Assembly (NCBI GenBank): GCA_965214255.1 | Contig: OZ243948.1 | Span: 1,433,885-1,497,884, forward strand | DNA: 64,000 nucleotides | DNA from: Alphaproteobacteria bacterium | GTDB taxonomy: Bacteria; Pseudomonadota; Alphaproteobacteria; SMXP01 | Reading direction: 5' to 3' | Shown here: in pieces, positions 8,177 to 18,090 of the stretch | Layout: each line of letters starts with the position of its first letter | How positions within the stretch are numbered: position 1 is the stretch's first letter | Translations under genes and position numbers: made by a program | Notes under the pieces: model-generated | Seen by the model: the letters and a program-made list of their open reading frames with translations, nothing else | What the model was told of the DNA's origin: nothing | The model's database searches: none

Positions 8177-8881
8177 TCAGCGCCGCCGGGCATGACGATA
8201 ACGCGCCGCCGGCGCGCCGTGGGCCTGGAGAAATCGAGGGTCGCCGCCGTCGAGAACGACGGCCGTCATGGCGCCGGAAAAATAGGCGCCGGTATCGATG
8301 CCGATTCGATTGGGCTTGAGTTCCGGGTCCGCACGGGGCGAATGGCCGTGCACCACCTTCACCGGAGCGCCCTTATAGGTGTAGGCGCGCTCGCTGTTCA
8401 AAAACCGATCCCTGATCCAGTAGAGATCGCGCGTTTTCTGATGCTCCAGATCGGTCTCCGGGTCGACCCCCGCATGGGCGAAATAGAAACCGTCCCGCAC
8501 ATGATGGGAGGCAAGGCCGGCGATCCAGTCGCGGTGAGCTTTCGGCACCTCCCCGCCGTAGCTTGTCAAAGTCTGCGCGCCGCCGTTGAGGAGCCACACA
8601 TGGCCGTGTTTTCCGGCGTAATAGTCCTCCATCAACGCTTCGTGGTTGCCTTTGAGGCATATTTCGTCGAACCCGTGCTTGGCGAGGGGTTTTTCCATCA
8701 GCAACCCGACGACGCCTGCGGAATTTTCGCCGCGGTCGATATAGTCGCCCAGATAGACGACGGTGCGCGCCCGCTCCCGATAATGCTCGGCCGCGTCTTT
8801 CGCTATCAGGTCCACGAGCCGGGCGAACTGGTCGAGCATGCCGTGAACGTCGCCCACGGCGTAGGTCACGCGCCGCGTCAT
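8177..8881 (-). CDS. Metallophosphoesterase, Ser/Thr protein phosphatase 1 / ApaH-like family
   Basis: Phosphoesterase motifs GDVHG, GDYIDRG and GNHE. Confidence 0.85.
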   Translation of the reverse strand: MTRRVTYAVGDVHGMLDQFARLVDLIAKDAAEHYRERARTVVYLGDYIDRGENSAGVVGLLMEKPLAKHGFDEICLKGNHEALMEDYYAGKHGHVWLLNGGAQTLTSYGGEVPKAHRDWIAGLASHHVRDGFYFAHAGVDPETDLEHQKTRDLYWIRDRFLNSERAYTYKGAPVKVVHGHSPRADPELKPNRIGIDTGAYFSGAMTAVVLDGGDPRFLQAHGAPAARYRHARRR

Positions 8882-8924
8882 GGGACTCTCCCGGTTCGGA
8901 CGATTTGTCGACTGCGCGCCATTC

Positions 8925-10637
8925 TCAGCGAATGAAACCGAGACTTTCGAGTTTGACGATCAGGCGGTGGGCCGCCAGATCGGGAGACAGTTGTTCCGTA
9001 TCTATGGAGATTTCGGGATTTTCGGGAACGTCGTAGGGGTCGCTGATACCCGTGAACTCCTTGATCAGGCCGGCGCGCGCCTTGGCGTAAAGCCCCTTTC
9101 GGTCCCGCCGTTCGCACACCTGCAAGGACGTCGCGACATAGGACTCCACGAAACCGCCGACGGGCTCGATCATCTCGCGCACCGCCCGCCGCGTCGCGGC
9201 ATAGGGCGCTATAGGCGCGCAAATGGCGATGCCTCCGTTCTTGGTGATCTCGCTCGCCACATATCCTATGCGCAGGATGTTGAGATCGCGGTGTTCTTTC
9301 GAAAAGCCCAGTTCGCTCGACAGGTTCTTGCGGACGATATCGCCGTCCAAAAGCGTGATCCGCCGCCCGCCGATTTCCATGAGCTTTATCATCAGAGCGT
9401 TGGCGACGGTCGACTTGCCCGACCCGGAAAGACCCGTAAAGAACACGGTGAAGCCCTGCTCGTGCCGCGGCGGATGGGTCTTGCGCAGTTCGCTGATGAC
9501 GGCGGGGAACGAAAACCAGTCGGGAACGTCGAGACCCTCGCGCAGCCGTCGGCGCATTTCGGTGCCCGAAATCTCGAGGACCGTCTCGTCGGACCCGGTC
9601 CGGTCCACCGGCACGTACTGGTTCCGCTCCCGGACATAGACCATCGCGCGGAACGGCACCATGGCGATGCCCAACTCGTCTTCGAACTTCACCATGAGGT
9701 CCTGAGCGTCGTAAGGACCGTAAAAATCCTTGCCGTTCCTGTCCTTCCCCGGGCCCGCATGGTCGCGCCCCACGATGAAATGCGTGCAGCCGTAATTTTT
9801 TCGGATAAGGGCGTGCCAAAGCGCTTCGCGCGGGCCCGCCATGCGCATCGCCAGAGGCAGCAGGCTCAGCGCCGTCGTTTGATCCGGGTATTGATGCAGC
9901 ACATGCTCGTAGCAGCGCACGCGAGTGAAATGGTCGACGTCGCCCGGCTTGGTCATGCCGACGACCGGATGAATGAGCAGATTGGCCTCCGCCTCGCGCG
10001 CGGCCCTGAAGGTCAGTTCCTGGTGCGCGCGGTGCATGGGATTGCGCGTTTGAAAGGCGACGACCCTGCGCCAGCCCAGCTTCTCGAAGCGGTCGCGCAG
10101 CTCCCGGGGGCTGTATCTCAAATGTTTGAAATCGTAATGGATCGGGGCCTGGACCCCGGCGAGGGCGCCGCCCAGGTAAACCGGATGGGCGCGATTGAAA
10201 AGATAGTTGACGCCGGGATGCGTGTCGTCGACGGTGCCGAACACCGCCCGGGCTTCGGATTCCTTGTCGGGCGTCCATTTCTCTTCGACTTCGAGGCTTG
10301 CGATATGGACCCCTTCACGGTCTCGAAGCACGAGGGTCTCGTCGATGTCGACCGTAGCGGCGAACTCCTCGGACACGTCCAGCGTGACGGGCATGGGCCA
10401 CAGCACGCCGCTGTCAAGCCGCATGTCTTTCAAGACGCTCTCGTAGTCGGCTTGTTTCAAAAAACCGTCGAGCGGCGAGAACGCCCCGTTGAGCAACAAT
10501 TCCACATCGCAGATCTGGCGCTCGGTCAAATCCCAGGACTTGAAATCAAGCGCCCGTTTCTTTTCGCGCTCCGCCTGCTCGGACGACAGATAAAGAATCT
10601 TGAGTTCGCCGCCGTGCGGCTCTTTGAAAGCCCCCAT
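8925..10637 (-). CDS. sat: Bifunctional sulfate adenylyltransferase (ATP sulfurylase) / adenylylsulfate kinase
   Basis: N-terminal ATP-sulfurylase region (FQTRNPMHRAHQEL) and C-terminal APS-kinase P-loop (GLSGSGKST). Confidence 0.9.
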   Translation of the reverse strand: MGAFKEPHGGELKILYLSSEQAEREKKRALDFKSWDLTERQICDVELLLNGAFSPLDGFLKQADYESVLKDMRLDSGVLWPMPVTLDVSEEFAATVDIDETLVLRDREGVHIASLEVEEKWTPDKESEARAVFGTVDDTHPGVNYLFNRAHPVYLGGALAGVQAPIHYDFKHLRYSPRELRDRFEKLGWRRVVAFQTRNPMHRAHQELTFRAAREAEANLLIHPVVGMTKPGDVDHFTRVRCYEHVLHQYPDQTTALSLLPLAMRMAGPREALWHALIRKNYGCTHFIVGRDHAGPGKDRNGKDFYGPYDAQDLMVKFEDELGIAMVPFRAMVYVRERNQYVPVDRTGSDETVLEISGTEMRRRLREGLDVPDWFSFPAVISELRKTHPPRHEQGFTVFFTGLSGSGKSTVANALMIKLMEIGGRRITLLDGDIVRKNLSSELGFSKEHRDLNILRIGYVASEITKNGGIAICAPIAPYAATRRAVREMIEPVGGFVESYVATSLQVCERRDRKGLYAKARAGLIKEFTGISDPYDVPENPEISIDTEQLSPDLAAHRLIVKLESLGFIR

Positions 10638-10830
10638 CGATCAGTTCTCCAAACGCACCAGGATCCGCCGCCGAATCGCTGCGCGAAGCGATAGTTTAGT
10701 TCCGGGGACAAGGCAAGCCGTTTTCCACAATTACTTGAGGAAACCCCGGCGCGCGGAGCGAAGATCGGCGATGGGCGCGCGCGGTCGAGACGGCTCCCGC
10801 CGTGACGTCAACGGCGGATGATATTGTCCG

Positions 10831-11307
10831 TCACGGCCTGTCGCCGGGGCCGTCCGCGGCCCGGTCGTCTTCACCGTCGTTCGACCGCCGTATCGGCGAC
10901 GCGGCGCGCCGCCAAGAGCCCCGCTCCACTCGATAGCGCCCGCGGGCGGAAAACGACTCGCCCGGCGGCTTCACGACCTCGACGAGCGCGCCGGCCAGCG
11001 AAATACAACTGCGGTGATTGAGCATATGGACGGATGTCTCGCCTCCCGTCGTCGCCCGGACAAGGACGGCCTGAGCGTCGTCGTCGCCGCGGCGGAAGCC
11101 TCGATTGCACACGGTCACGCCGCGGGCGCGGGCGCCCGTATCGACAATCACGGCGTCGTTCAGTTCGGTGACCGCCCAGGAATTCCAACCGCCGGTTGCA
11201 ATCCTGCTCAAGGCGACGGAGCGAAACGAGAGCGAAAACGAAAGCGCGACCGCGCCGAGCGCGATCACGACGGCGAAAACCGCCAAACACAGATTCACGA
11301 TCTTCAT
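10831..11307 (-). CDS. Hypothetical exported protein (158 aa) with an N-terminal hydrophobic signal-like segment
   Basis: MKIVNLCLAVFAVVIALGAVALS... is signal-like. The alternative overlapping frame 10871..11464 is arginine-rich and low-complexity, so it was rejected. Confidence 0.4.
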   Translation of the reverse strand: MKIVNLCLAVFAVVIALGAVALSFSLSFRSVALSRIATGGWNSWAVTELNDAVIVDTGARARGVTVCNRGFRRGDDDAQAVLVRATTGGETSVHMLNHRSCISLAGALVEVVKPPGESFSARGRYRVERGSWRRAASPIRRSNDGEDDRAADGPGDRP

Positions 11308-11478
11308 GAAAATGCCCTTCCCTGATAATGAACGGCTGTCGACTGCGGCGCCGGAAGCGGTCTCGAACCCGGTCGTGCAACCGGCCCCGAACGAGGACCG
11401 GATGGTGTTTCGGGGACATTAAATCATGCTTAAACATCCGCGAGCGACGGCGAGAGGCGCTCACGCCGAAGCGGCGTA

Positions 11479-12411
11479 TCAGGCGGCGGGGCGAAAGCCG
11501 AGCGGGAGCCCGGCGTCGGGGACGAAACCGTACATGTCTTCATCGGGCACCGCTGCGGCCACCACCTTGCGCACCTCCAGCAATTGGTGCAGGTCGATGC
11601 CCGTCTTGAGACCCATCGCTTCGAGCATGAAGACCAGATCTTCGGTGACGATGTTGCCGCTGGCGCCCGGCGCGAACGGACAGCCGCCGATGCCGCCGAG
11701 GGAACTGTCGATCGTGGTGACGTCTTCCTCGATCGCCGCCAGGACATTGGCGAGGCCCAGGCCGCGGGTGTTGTGCAAATGAATGCCCGTGACCGCGTCC
11801 GCGCCGACGGCGGCGCGCACCGCGCGGATCATGTCTTTGACCTGCTTCGGGTTGGCGTAGCCGGTCGTATCCGACAGTCCGACTTCGTCGCAGCCCGCCG
11901 CCATCAACTGCTCCGCAAGGGAAACCACCTTCGACTGCGGGATCTCGCCTTCCAGGGTGCATCCGAACGCCGTCGACAAGCCGCCTTCGAACTTGGGCCT
12001 CTCGTCGGCAGGTAGACCCCTCAGAAGCGCCGCGATGCCGCGCACCTCGTCCAACATCCGGGCGTGGTCGCGGTTGACGTTTTTGAGACTGTGGGTCTCG
12101 CTCACGGACAAGGGAATGGTGATCTTGTGGACGCCGGTTTTGACGGCGTTTTCGGCCCCCTTCAGATTCGGCACCAGCGCCGCGACGGTGAGGCCCTCGA
12201 TGGTGAGCGCATGTTCGACGACGGCCGCCGTATCGGCCAGTTGCGGCAAGATCCTGGGCGGCACGAAAGAGCCGACCTCGATTTCCGGAACGCCGGCCGC
12301 CGCTTCCGCCGCGATCCATGCCTTCTTGGCCTCGGTCGGCATGATGGAGTCGATGCTTTGGAGGCCGTCTCGCGGGCCGACTTCGCTGATCTCGATATCA
12401 ATGGCGCTCAT
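11479..12411 (-). CDS. Hydroxymethylglutaryl-CoA lyase
   Basis: Motifs EVGPRDGLQ, GGCPFAPGASGN and the HxH-type metal ligands typical of the HMGL-like TIM barrel. Confidence 0.85.
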   Translation of the reverse strand: MSAIDIEISEVGPRDGLQSIDSIMPTEAKKAWIAAEAAAGVPEIEVGSFVPPRILPQLADTAAVVEHALTIEGLTVAALVPNLKGAENAVKTGVHKITIPLSVSETHSLKNVNRDHARMLDEVRGIAALLRGLPADERPKFEGGLSTAFGCTLEGEIPQSKVVSLAEQLMAAGCDEVGLSDTTGYANPKQVKDMIRAVRAAVGADAVTGIHLHNTRGLGLANVLAAIEEDVTTIDSSLGGIGGCPFAPGASGNIVTEDLVFMLEAMGLKTGIDLHQLLEVRKVVAAAVPDEDMYGFVPDAGLPLGFRPAA

Positions 12412-12538
12412 GAACCTTTACCATGTCTCGTGAATGGATTAAGTGAAACTCCGCAAACGCGTTTTACCCCATGACGCCGCGCGACGGAAGCATATGTCAC
12501 TGATCCTTTGACCTGTTTTACCAAGGAACGAAGCCCCG

Positions 12539-13729
12539 ATGTCAACCGGTTCTGACCTGCCTTTGTCAGGAATTAAAGTCGTCGAATTCACCCACATGGT
12601 GATGGGTCCGACCGTCGGCGTCATACTTGCCGACCTGGGCGCCGACGTGATCAAAGTGGAGCCCCTGAAGGGCGACAATACGCGCCGCCTCATCGGGTCC
12701 GGGTCCGGCTATTTCCCGATGTACAACCGCAACAAAATGAGCGTTTGCCTCGACCTCAAAGCCCCGGAGGGCAACGAGGTCGCGCGCAAGCTCATCGAGC
12801 GGGCGGACATCATGATCGAAAATTTCCGTCCGGGCGCCATGGAAAAACTGGGATACGGATACGCCGACCTCGCGGCGGACAACCCCCGCCTGATCTATTG
12901 CTCGGCCAAGGGGTTCCTCGCCGGGCCTTACGAAAAGCGCACGGCGCTCGACGAGGTTTGCCAAATGATGGGAGGGCTCGCCTACATGACCGGGCCGCCG
13001 GGGCGGCCCCTGCGCGCGGGCGCGTCCGTGATCGACGTCACCGGCGGCATGTTCTCCGTGATCGGAATATTGGCGGCCCTTGAAGAGCGCCATCGCACGG
13101 GCAAGGGACAGGAAGTCAAAAGTTCGCTCTTCGAAACCACGGTCTATCTGGTCGGCCAGCACATGGCTCAATACGCCGTCACCGGCGCGCCGGCGAAACC
13201 CATGCCCGTGCGGGTCTCCGCATGGGCCGTTTACGACGTGTTCGAAACCAGGGACGAAGGCCAGGTGTTCGTCGGCGTGGTGAGCGACACCCAATGGAAA
13301 AAGTTTTGCGAATTTTTCGATCTCTCCGAATTCGGCAACGACCGGACCATGGCGGCCAACAACGACCGCGTCAAAAAACGCGACGTCATACTCCCGAAAA
13401 TCCGGGAGATGTTCAAAAAGTTCACGCGCGACGAACTGCTCGCCAAGCTCGAAGACATCGGTTTGCCGTTCGCGCCGATCATGCGGCCCGAAGACATGTT
13501 CGAAGATCCTCACCTGACGGCGTCGGGAGGGTTGTTGGACTTGACGATTCCGGGCGGCGATAAAACCAGATTGCCCGCCCTTCCTCTCGAAATGGGCGGC
13601 CAGCGTTTCGGCGTGCGCCGAGACTTGCCGAGGGAAGCGGAGCACAGCCGAGAAACCTTGAGCGCGCTGGGCTATTCGGAGGCGGAGATCGACAGGCTTG
13701 TCGCCGACGGCATCGTTCGGGTCGAGTAG
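12539..13729 (+). CDS. CoA-transferase family III (CaiB/BaiF-like)
   Basis: N-terminal LSGIKVVEFTHMVMGPTVGVILADLGADVIKVEP is the hallmark of family III CoA-transferases. Confidence 0.85.
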   Translation: MSTGSDLPLSGIKVVEFTHMVMGPTVGVILADLGADVIKVEPLKGDNTRRLIGSGSGYFPMYNRNKMSVCLDLKAPEGNEVARKLIERADIMIENFRPGAMEKLGYGYADLAADNPRLIYCSAKGFLAGPYEKRTALDEVCQMMGGLAYMTGPPGRPLRAGASVIDVTGGMFSVIGILAALEERHRTGKGQEVKSSLFETTVYLVGQHMAQYAVTGAPAKPMPVRVSAWAVYDVFETRDEGQVFVGVVSDTQWKKFCEFFDLSEFGNDRTMAANNDRVKKRDVILPKIREMFKKFTRDELLAKLEDIGLPFAPIMRPEDMFEDPHLTASGGLLDLTIPGGDKTRLPALPLEMGGQRFGVRRDLPREAEHSRETLSALGYSEAEIDRLVADGIVRVE

Positions 13730-13736
13730 GCCGCGG

Positions 13737-14369
13737 CTACCCTTGCGGGCCGATATAGACCCAGGGGCGGTCGGCCCGGTCTTTGCGCTGAAATTCCGAA
13801 ATCTCGTCCTTGTGCCGCAGGGTCGCGTCGATCATGTCGAGCCCTTCGAGCAGCATCCGTTTGTTGGCGGGCTCAATGTCGAACTCATAACTGCCGCCGT
13901 TGGGCGCGGTCACCCTGCCGTTGGGCAAATCGACGTGAATTCTGTTCGCTTGCGGGTCGGCGTCCACCTGGGCGGACAGGTCCTTGACCGCATCGTCGCC
14001 GAGCGCGATGGGCGCGATACCGTTTCTTACGCAATTGTTATAGAATATGGCGCCGAAGCTCGGCGCGATGATGGCGCGGATGCCGTATTCGGCAAGCGCC
14101 CAAACGGCGTGCTCGCGCGACGAACCGCAGCCGAAATTGGCGCCCGACAATATGATGCTGGCGCCGTCATAGGCCGGCCGGTTCAAGACGAACTGCGGAT
14201 CCGGTTCGCGGCCGCCGGGCTCGGTGTAGCGCCAATCCGCGAAAAGCCCTTCGCTCAAACCCGTCTTCGACACACGCTTCATCTCGCGCGAGGGGATGAT
14301 CGCGTCCGTGTTGACGTTGATGCGCAGGAGCGGCGCGGCGACGCCCGTATGTTCGACAAATTTCTCCAT
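13737..14369 (-). CDS. leuD: 3-isopropylmalate dehydratase small subunit
   Basis: LeuD-like sequence (…SGANFGCGSSREHAVWAL…), adjacent to leuC. Confidence 0.85.
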   Translation of the reverse strand: MEKFVEHTGVAAPLLRINVNTDAIIPSREMKRVSKTGLSEGLFADWRYTEPGGREPDPQFVLNRPAYDGASIILSGANFGCGSSREHAVWALAEYGIRAIIAPSFGAIFYNNCVRNGIAPIALGDDAVKDLSAQVDADPQANRIHVDLPNGRVTAPNGGSYEFDIEPANKRMLLEGLDMIDATLRHKDEISEFQRKDRADRPWVYIGPQG

Positions 14370-14373
14370 GTGA

Positions 14374-15780
14374 TCACAAGTACTTTCGAGGATCGGCGAT
14401 CCTGCCCTCGACGGCCGACGCCGCGACCATGGCGGGGCTCGCCAAATGCGAACGCGTCTTCGGCCCCTGGCGGCTTTCGAAGTTCCGGTTGGTGCTGCTC
14501 ACCACGCGCTCCTGAAAGCCCATCGCTTCGCCGCCCGCATAAAAACACATGGAACAGCCCGACTCGCGCCACTCGAACCCTGCGTCCTTGAAGATCCGGT
14601 CGATCCCCTCTTTTTCCGCTTCCGCCTTCACGAACGACGAGCCCGGCACGATGATCGCCTTGACGCCGTCGGCCACCTTGCGCCCTTTCAAGATCTCGGC
14701 GGCGATGCGCATGTCGCTGATCCGGCTGTTGGTACAGGAACCGATGAACGCGGCATCGATGGATAGAGTCTGCATGGGTGTGCCGGGTTGCAAACCCATA
14801 TATTCGAGCGCGCGCTCCATCGACGGGCGCGCGTTCTCATCGACGGCGTCTTCGGCGGGGTCCGGGACCGCGCCGTCGACAGGCACCGCATGCTGCGGGC
14901 TCGTGCCCCATGTGATCATCGGGCTTATGTCGGCGGCGTCGACCGCGAGTTCGTTGTCGAAGACCGCGTCCGAATCGGATTTCAGGCTGTTCCAATAGGC
15001 AACCGCCTTGTCCCAATTCTCGCCCTCGGGCGCAAAAGGACGCCCGCGAACATAATCGATGGTCTTGCCGTCGGGGGCGATGATGCCGCTGAAAGCGGAG
15101 AATTCGACCGCCATGTTGCACAAGGTAAAGCGCGCCTCGATCGCGAGCGCCTCGATGGCCGGGCCGGCGAACTCGACGGCATGGCCGCTTGCCCCCGCCA
15201 CGCCGTACTTGGCGATCAGATGCAAAATCATGTCCTTGGCGTAGGTCGCGGGGCCCGGTTGTCCGTCGAACGTCACGCGCATGGTCTTGGGTTTTTTGAG
15301 CTTCAGCGTTTTCGTCGCCAGCGCGTGCTCGGCTTCCGTCGAGCCGATGCCCCAAGCCAGGGCGCCCAACCCGCCCAACGTGGAGGTATGGCTGTCGGGA
15401 CAAATGAGCGTCACGCCCGGAAGAGCGATTCCCTGTTCGGCCGAGACCACGTGAACGATCCCCTGGCGCGGATCGCCCAAATCGAAGAAATGAATGCCCG
15501 CCGCTTGCGCCGCTTCGCGGGTGGTGCGAATAAAGGCGGTGCCGCCGGGCATGATCGTGTTGTCGTTTCGTCCGGGCAAAGTGTCGACGATGTGATCGAG
15601 CGTGCAAAACACATGCTCCGGATTCAGGATGTCTCTCCCCTCCGACTCGATGCTTTTCAGCGCGATGCTGCCGGTGCGCTCATGCAAGAAAATGCGATCG
15701 ATGTAGACGAGGTCGGTCCCATCATCGAGACGCGCCACCGTGTGCGCGTCCCAGAGCTTTTCAAACAGGGTTCGTCCCAT
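14374..15780 (-). CDS. leuC: 3-isopropylmalate dehydratase large subunit
   Basis: Aconitase-family motifs (DSHTSTLGGLGALAWGIGSTE, GSCTNSRISD). Start is taken at the internal ATG 15780 (MGRTLFEKLWDAH); the track ORF extends to 15798. Confidence 0.85.
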   Translation of the reverse strand: MGRTLFEKLWDAHTVARLDDGTDLVYIDRIFLHERTGSIALKSIESEGRDILNPEHVFCTLDHIVDTLPGRNDNTIMPGGTAFIRTTREAAQAAGIHFFDLGDPRQGIVHVVSAEQGIALPGVTLICPDSHTSTLGGLGALAWGIGSTEAEHALATKTLKLKKPKTMRVTFDGQPGPATYAKDMILHLIAKYGVAGASGHAVEFAGPAIEALAIEARFTLCNMAVEFSAFSGIIAPDGKTIDYVRGRPFAPEGENWDKAVAYWNSLKSDSDAVFDNELAVDAADISPMITWGTSPQHAVPVDGAVPDPAEDAVDENARPSMERALEYMGLQPGTPMQTLSIDAAFIGSCTNSRISDMRIAAEILKGRKVADGVKAIIVPGSSFVKAEAEKEGIDRIFKDAGFEWRESGCSMCFYAGGEAMGFQERVVSSTNRNFESRQGPKTRSHLASPAMVAASAVEGRIADPRKYL

Positions 15781-16110
15781 GCGGTTTCCCGGATCCATCT
15801 GACCTGCACGACCATATTCGGCTTGCCGAACGCGAGTAAGGCGATATTAGGCGCGAATGCCCGTCCTTCCAAGACCGCAAGCCAAGCGCAGCACGGATCG
15901 CGGCGCCGTGCTGCGCGGCGACCCCCGCGACAAATCATCTTATTGGCAGAGGGCTGTTGAGATTCCTAAGTATGAGGACGGCCAAGGCGTTCAAACCGCG
16001 CTCATCGGTTCCGATTTGACGACGAGGCGGGGGTGTCGTCCTTGAAGTTTGTCAAGGGACATGTTTTCTTGGCGACTCTTGAAATCGGACGGGAGCGAAG
16101 GATTTTAGCG

Positions 16111-17946
16111 GTGTCGGTGTCAGAGCCAAAAACGAACAACAAGACGCTGATCGATTGGGTCGATGACGTGGCCGCGCTCTGCAAGCCCGACGACATCCAC
16201 TGGTGCGACGGCTCGGAGCGGGAATACGAAGCTCTGTGCGAGCAATTGGTTCAAGCCGGAACCTTCACCAGACTGAATCAAGACAAGCGGCCGGATTCGT
16301 TTCTGGCGCGCTCCGACCCGCGTGACGTGGCGCGGGTCGAGGACCGCACGTTCATCTGTTGCCCGGCAAAAGACGACGCCGGGCCGACCAACAACTGGTG
16401 CGACCCGGAAGAGATGAAATCCAGGCTCAAATCGCTGTTCGACGGAGCGATGCGCGGGCGCACCATGTACGTCATTCCCTTCAGCATGGGGCCGCTCGGG
16501 TCCGACATCGCGCAAATCGGGGTCCAGATCAGCGACTCGCCGTACGTGGCCGTCAGTATGCGGGTCATGACGCGCATGGGCGACGGGGCGCTCGAAGCTC
16601 TGGGCAACGGGGATTTCGTGCCTTGTCTCCATTCGGTCGGCGCGCCCCTCAAGCCCGGTGAGAAGGACAGCCCCTGGCCGTGCAATCCCGACAACCGCTA
16701 CATCGCGCACTTCCCGGAAGAGCGCTCCATCTGGTCGTTCGGCAGCGGCTACGGCGGCAACGCGCTCTTGGGCAAAAAGTGTTTTGCCCTTCGTATCGCG
16801 TCGACCATGGCGCGCAAAGAAGGCTGGCTCGCGGAACACATGTTGATTTTGGGGGTCGAGTCTCCCGAGGGCGAGCGAACCTACGTGGCCGCGGCCTTCC
16901 CCAGCGCCTGCGGCAAAACGAACCTCGCCATGATCATTCCGCCCAAGGGCTTCGACGGGTGGAAGACGTGGACCGTGGGCGACGACATCGCGTGGATCAA
17001 ACCCGGGAAGGAAGGACGGCTCTATGCGATCAACCCGGAAGCGGGTTTTTTCGGTGTAGCTCCCGGCACGTCCATGAAATCGAACCCCGCCGCCATGCGT
17101 TCCGTGTCGCACAACAGCATCTTTGTCAACGCCGCCATGACCGAGGACGGCGACGTATGGTGGGAAGGCATGTCCGACGCGCCGCCCGCGCGGCTCATCG
17201 ACTGGCGGGGCCAGCCGTGGTCGCCCGACAGCGGCGGGACGGCGGCGCACCCCAATGCGCGGTTCAGCACGCCCATACGGCAATGTCCCAGCATCGATCC
17301 GGGCTGGGACGATCCTGAAGGAGTCCCCATCAGCGCCTTCATCTTCGGGGGGCGTCTGAGCAAGACATTTCCGCTGGTCCTCGAGTCCTTCGATTGGCGC
17401 CACGGCGTCTACCTTGCAGCGACCATGGGATCGGAAGCGACGGCGGCGGCGGAAAACCAGGCGGCCATCCGACGCGACCCCATGGCGATGCTGCCCTTCT
17501 GCGGTTACAACATGGGCGACTACTGGGCCCACTGGCTCACGTTCGGAGAGCAAATCACGAACCCGCCGAAAATCTATCGCGTCAACTGGTTCCGCAAGGA
17601 CCCGTCGGGCGCGTTTTTATGGCCGGGCTTCGGTCAGAACATGAGAGTGATACAGTGGGTGATCGACCGCGTTCACGGCCGGGCCGAGGCATCCGAATGC
17701 CCATTCGGGATGATGCCCAAATATGGCGACATCAACTGGCGGGGACTCGAGTACGGGTCGGACGCTTTCCAGGCTTTGATGTCGATCGACCGCGAGGAAG
17801 CCACGGCGGAAGCGGAGAATCAGCGGTCATTTTTCGACCGCCTCGAAACCAGACTGCCCCGGGAAATGGAACGGCAGCGCCATGCTCTGCTCGCCCGATT
17901 GGCAAGCGCTCCGCCCGTATGGCAGCCGCCGTTCGTCGAGTCATAA
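16111..17946 (+). CDS. pckG: Phosphoenolpyruvate carboxykinase (GTP-dependent)
   Basis: GTP-PEPCK signatures (…[11 protein letters not shown]…, [14 protein letters not shown]). The track ORF begins at GTG 16033. A GTG at 16111 with an upstream aagga gives an N-terminus of typical length, so the start is uncertain. Confidence 0.85.
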   Translation: MSVSEPKTNNKTLIDWVDDVAALCKPDDIHWCDGSEREYEALCEQLVQAGTFTRLNQDKRPDSFLARSDPRDVARVEDRTFICCPAKDDAGPTNNWCDPEEMKSRLKSLFDGAMRGRTMYVIPFSMGPLGSDIAQIGVQISDSPYVAVSMRVMTRMGDGALEALGNGDFVPCLHSVGAPLKPGEKDSPWPCNPDNRYIAHFPEERSIWSFGSGYGGNALLGKKCFALRIASTMARKEGWLAEHMLILGVESPEGERTYVAAAFPSACGKTNLAMIIPPKGFDGWKTWTVGDDIAWIKPGKEGRLYAINPEAGFFGVAPGTSMKSNPAAMRSVSHNSIFVNAAMTEDGDVWWEGMSDAPPARLIDWRGQPWSPDSGGTAAHPNARFSTPIRQCPSIDPGWDDPEGVPISAFIFGGRLSKTFPLVLESFDWRHGVYLAATMGSEATAAAENQAAIRRDPMAMLPFCGYNMGDYWAHWLTFGEQITNPPKIYRVNWFRKDPSGAFLWPGFGQNMRVIQWVIDRVHGRAEASECPFGMMPKYGDINWRGLEYGSDAFQALMSIDREEATAEAENQRSFFDRLETRLPREMERQRHALLARLASAPPVWQPPFVES

Positions 17947-18090
17947 ACGGGACATTGAAACAAGCGACCCTTGAGGGCGCATTGATATCTCCCGCGGCAA
18001 ACATAAAGCGCCCCTCGAAGCGGGCTTCACAATCGCTTAACAATAAGTGATTAGATCGAGGGTGAACCGATATAAGGAGACGTCAGACCC

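Noticed and set aside
6215-8935. 906-aa plus-strand ORF
   Set aside because: It is antisense to hsdM and the phosphatase. It is Arg/Ala/Gly-rich and low-complexity, as expected from GC3-rich antisense frames, whereas the minus-strand genes have clear motifs.
8880-10694. 604-aa plus-strand ORF
   Set aside because: It is antisense to the ATP sulfurylase/APS kinase gene, which has unambiguous motifs.
10871-11464. 197-aa minus-strand ORF
   Set aside because: It is extremely Arg-rich and low-complexity. The overlapping 158-aa frame with a signal-peptide-like N-terminus is preferred.
12566-13645. 359-aa minus-strand ORF
   Set aside because: It is antisense to the CoA-transferase family III gene and has no motifs.
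14788-15960. 390-aa plus-strand ORF
   Set aside because: It is antisense to leuC.
15799-16110. leu leader/attenuator or tRNA in the leuC-pckG divergent region
   Set aside because: No run of Leu codons in a short leader ORF and no tRNA-like cloverleaf sequence was recognised.
16120-17553. 477-aa minus-strand ORF
   Set aside because: It is antisense to pckG.
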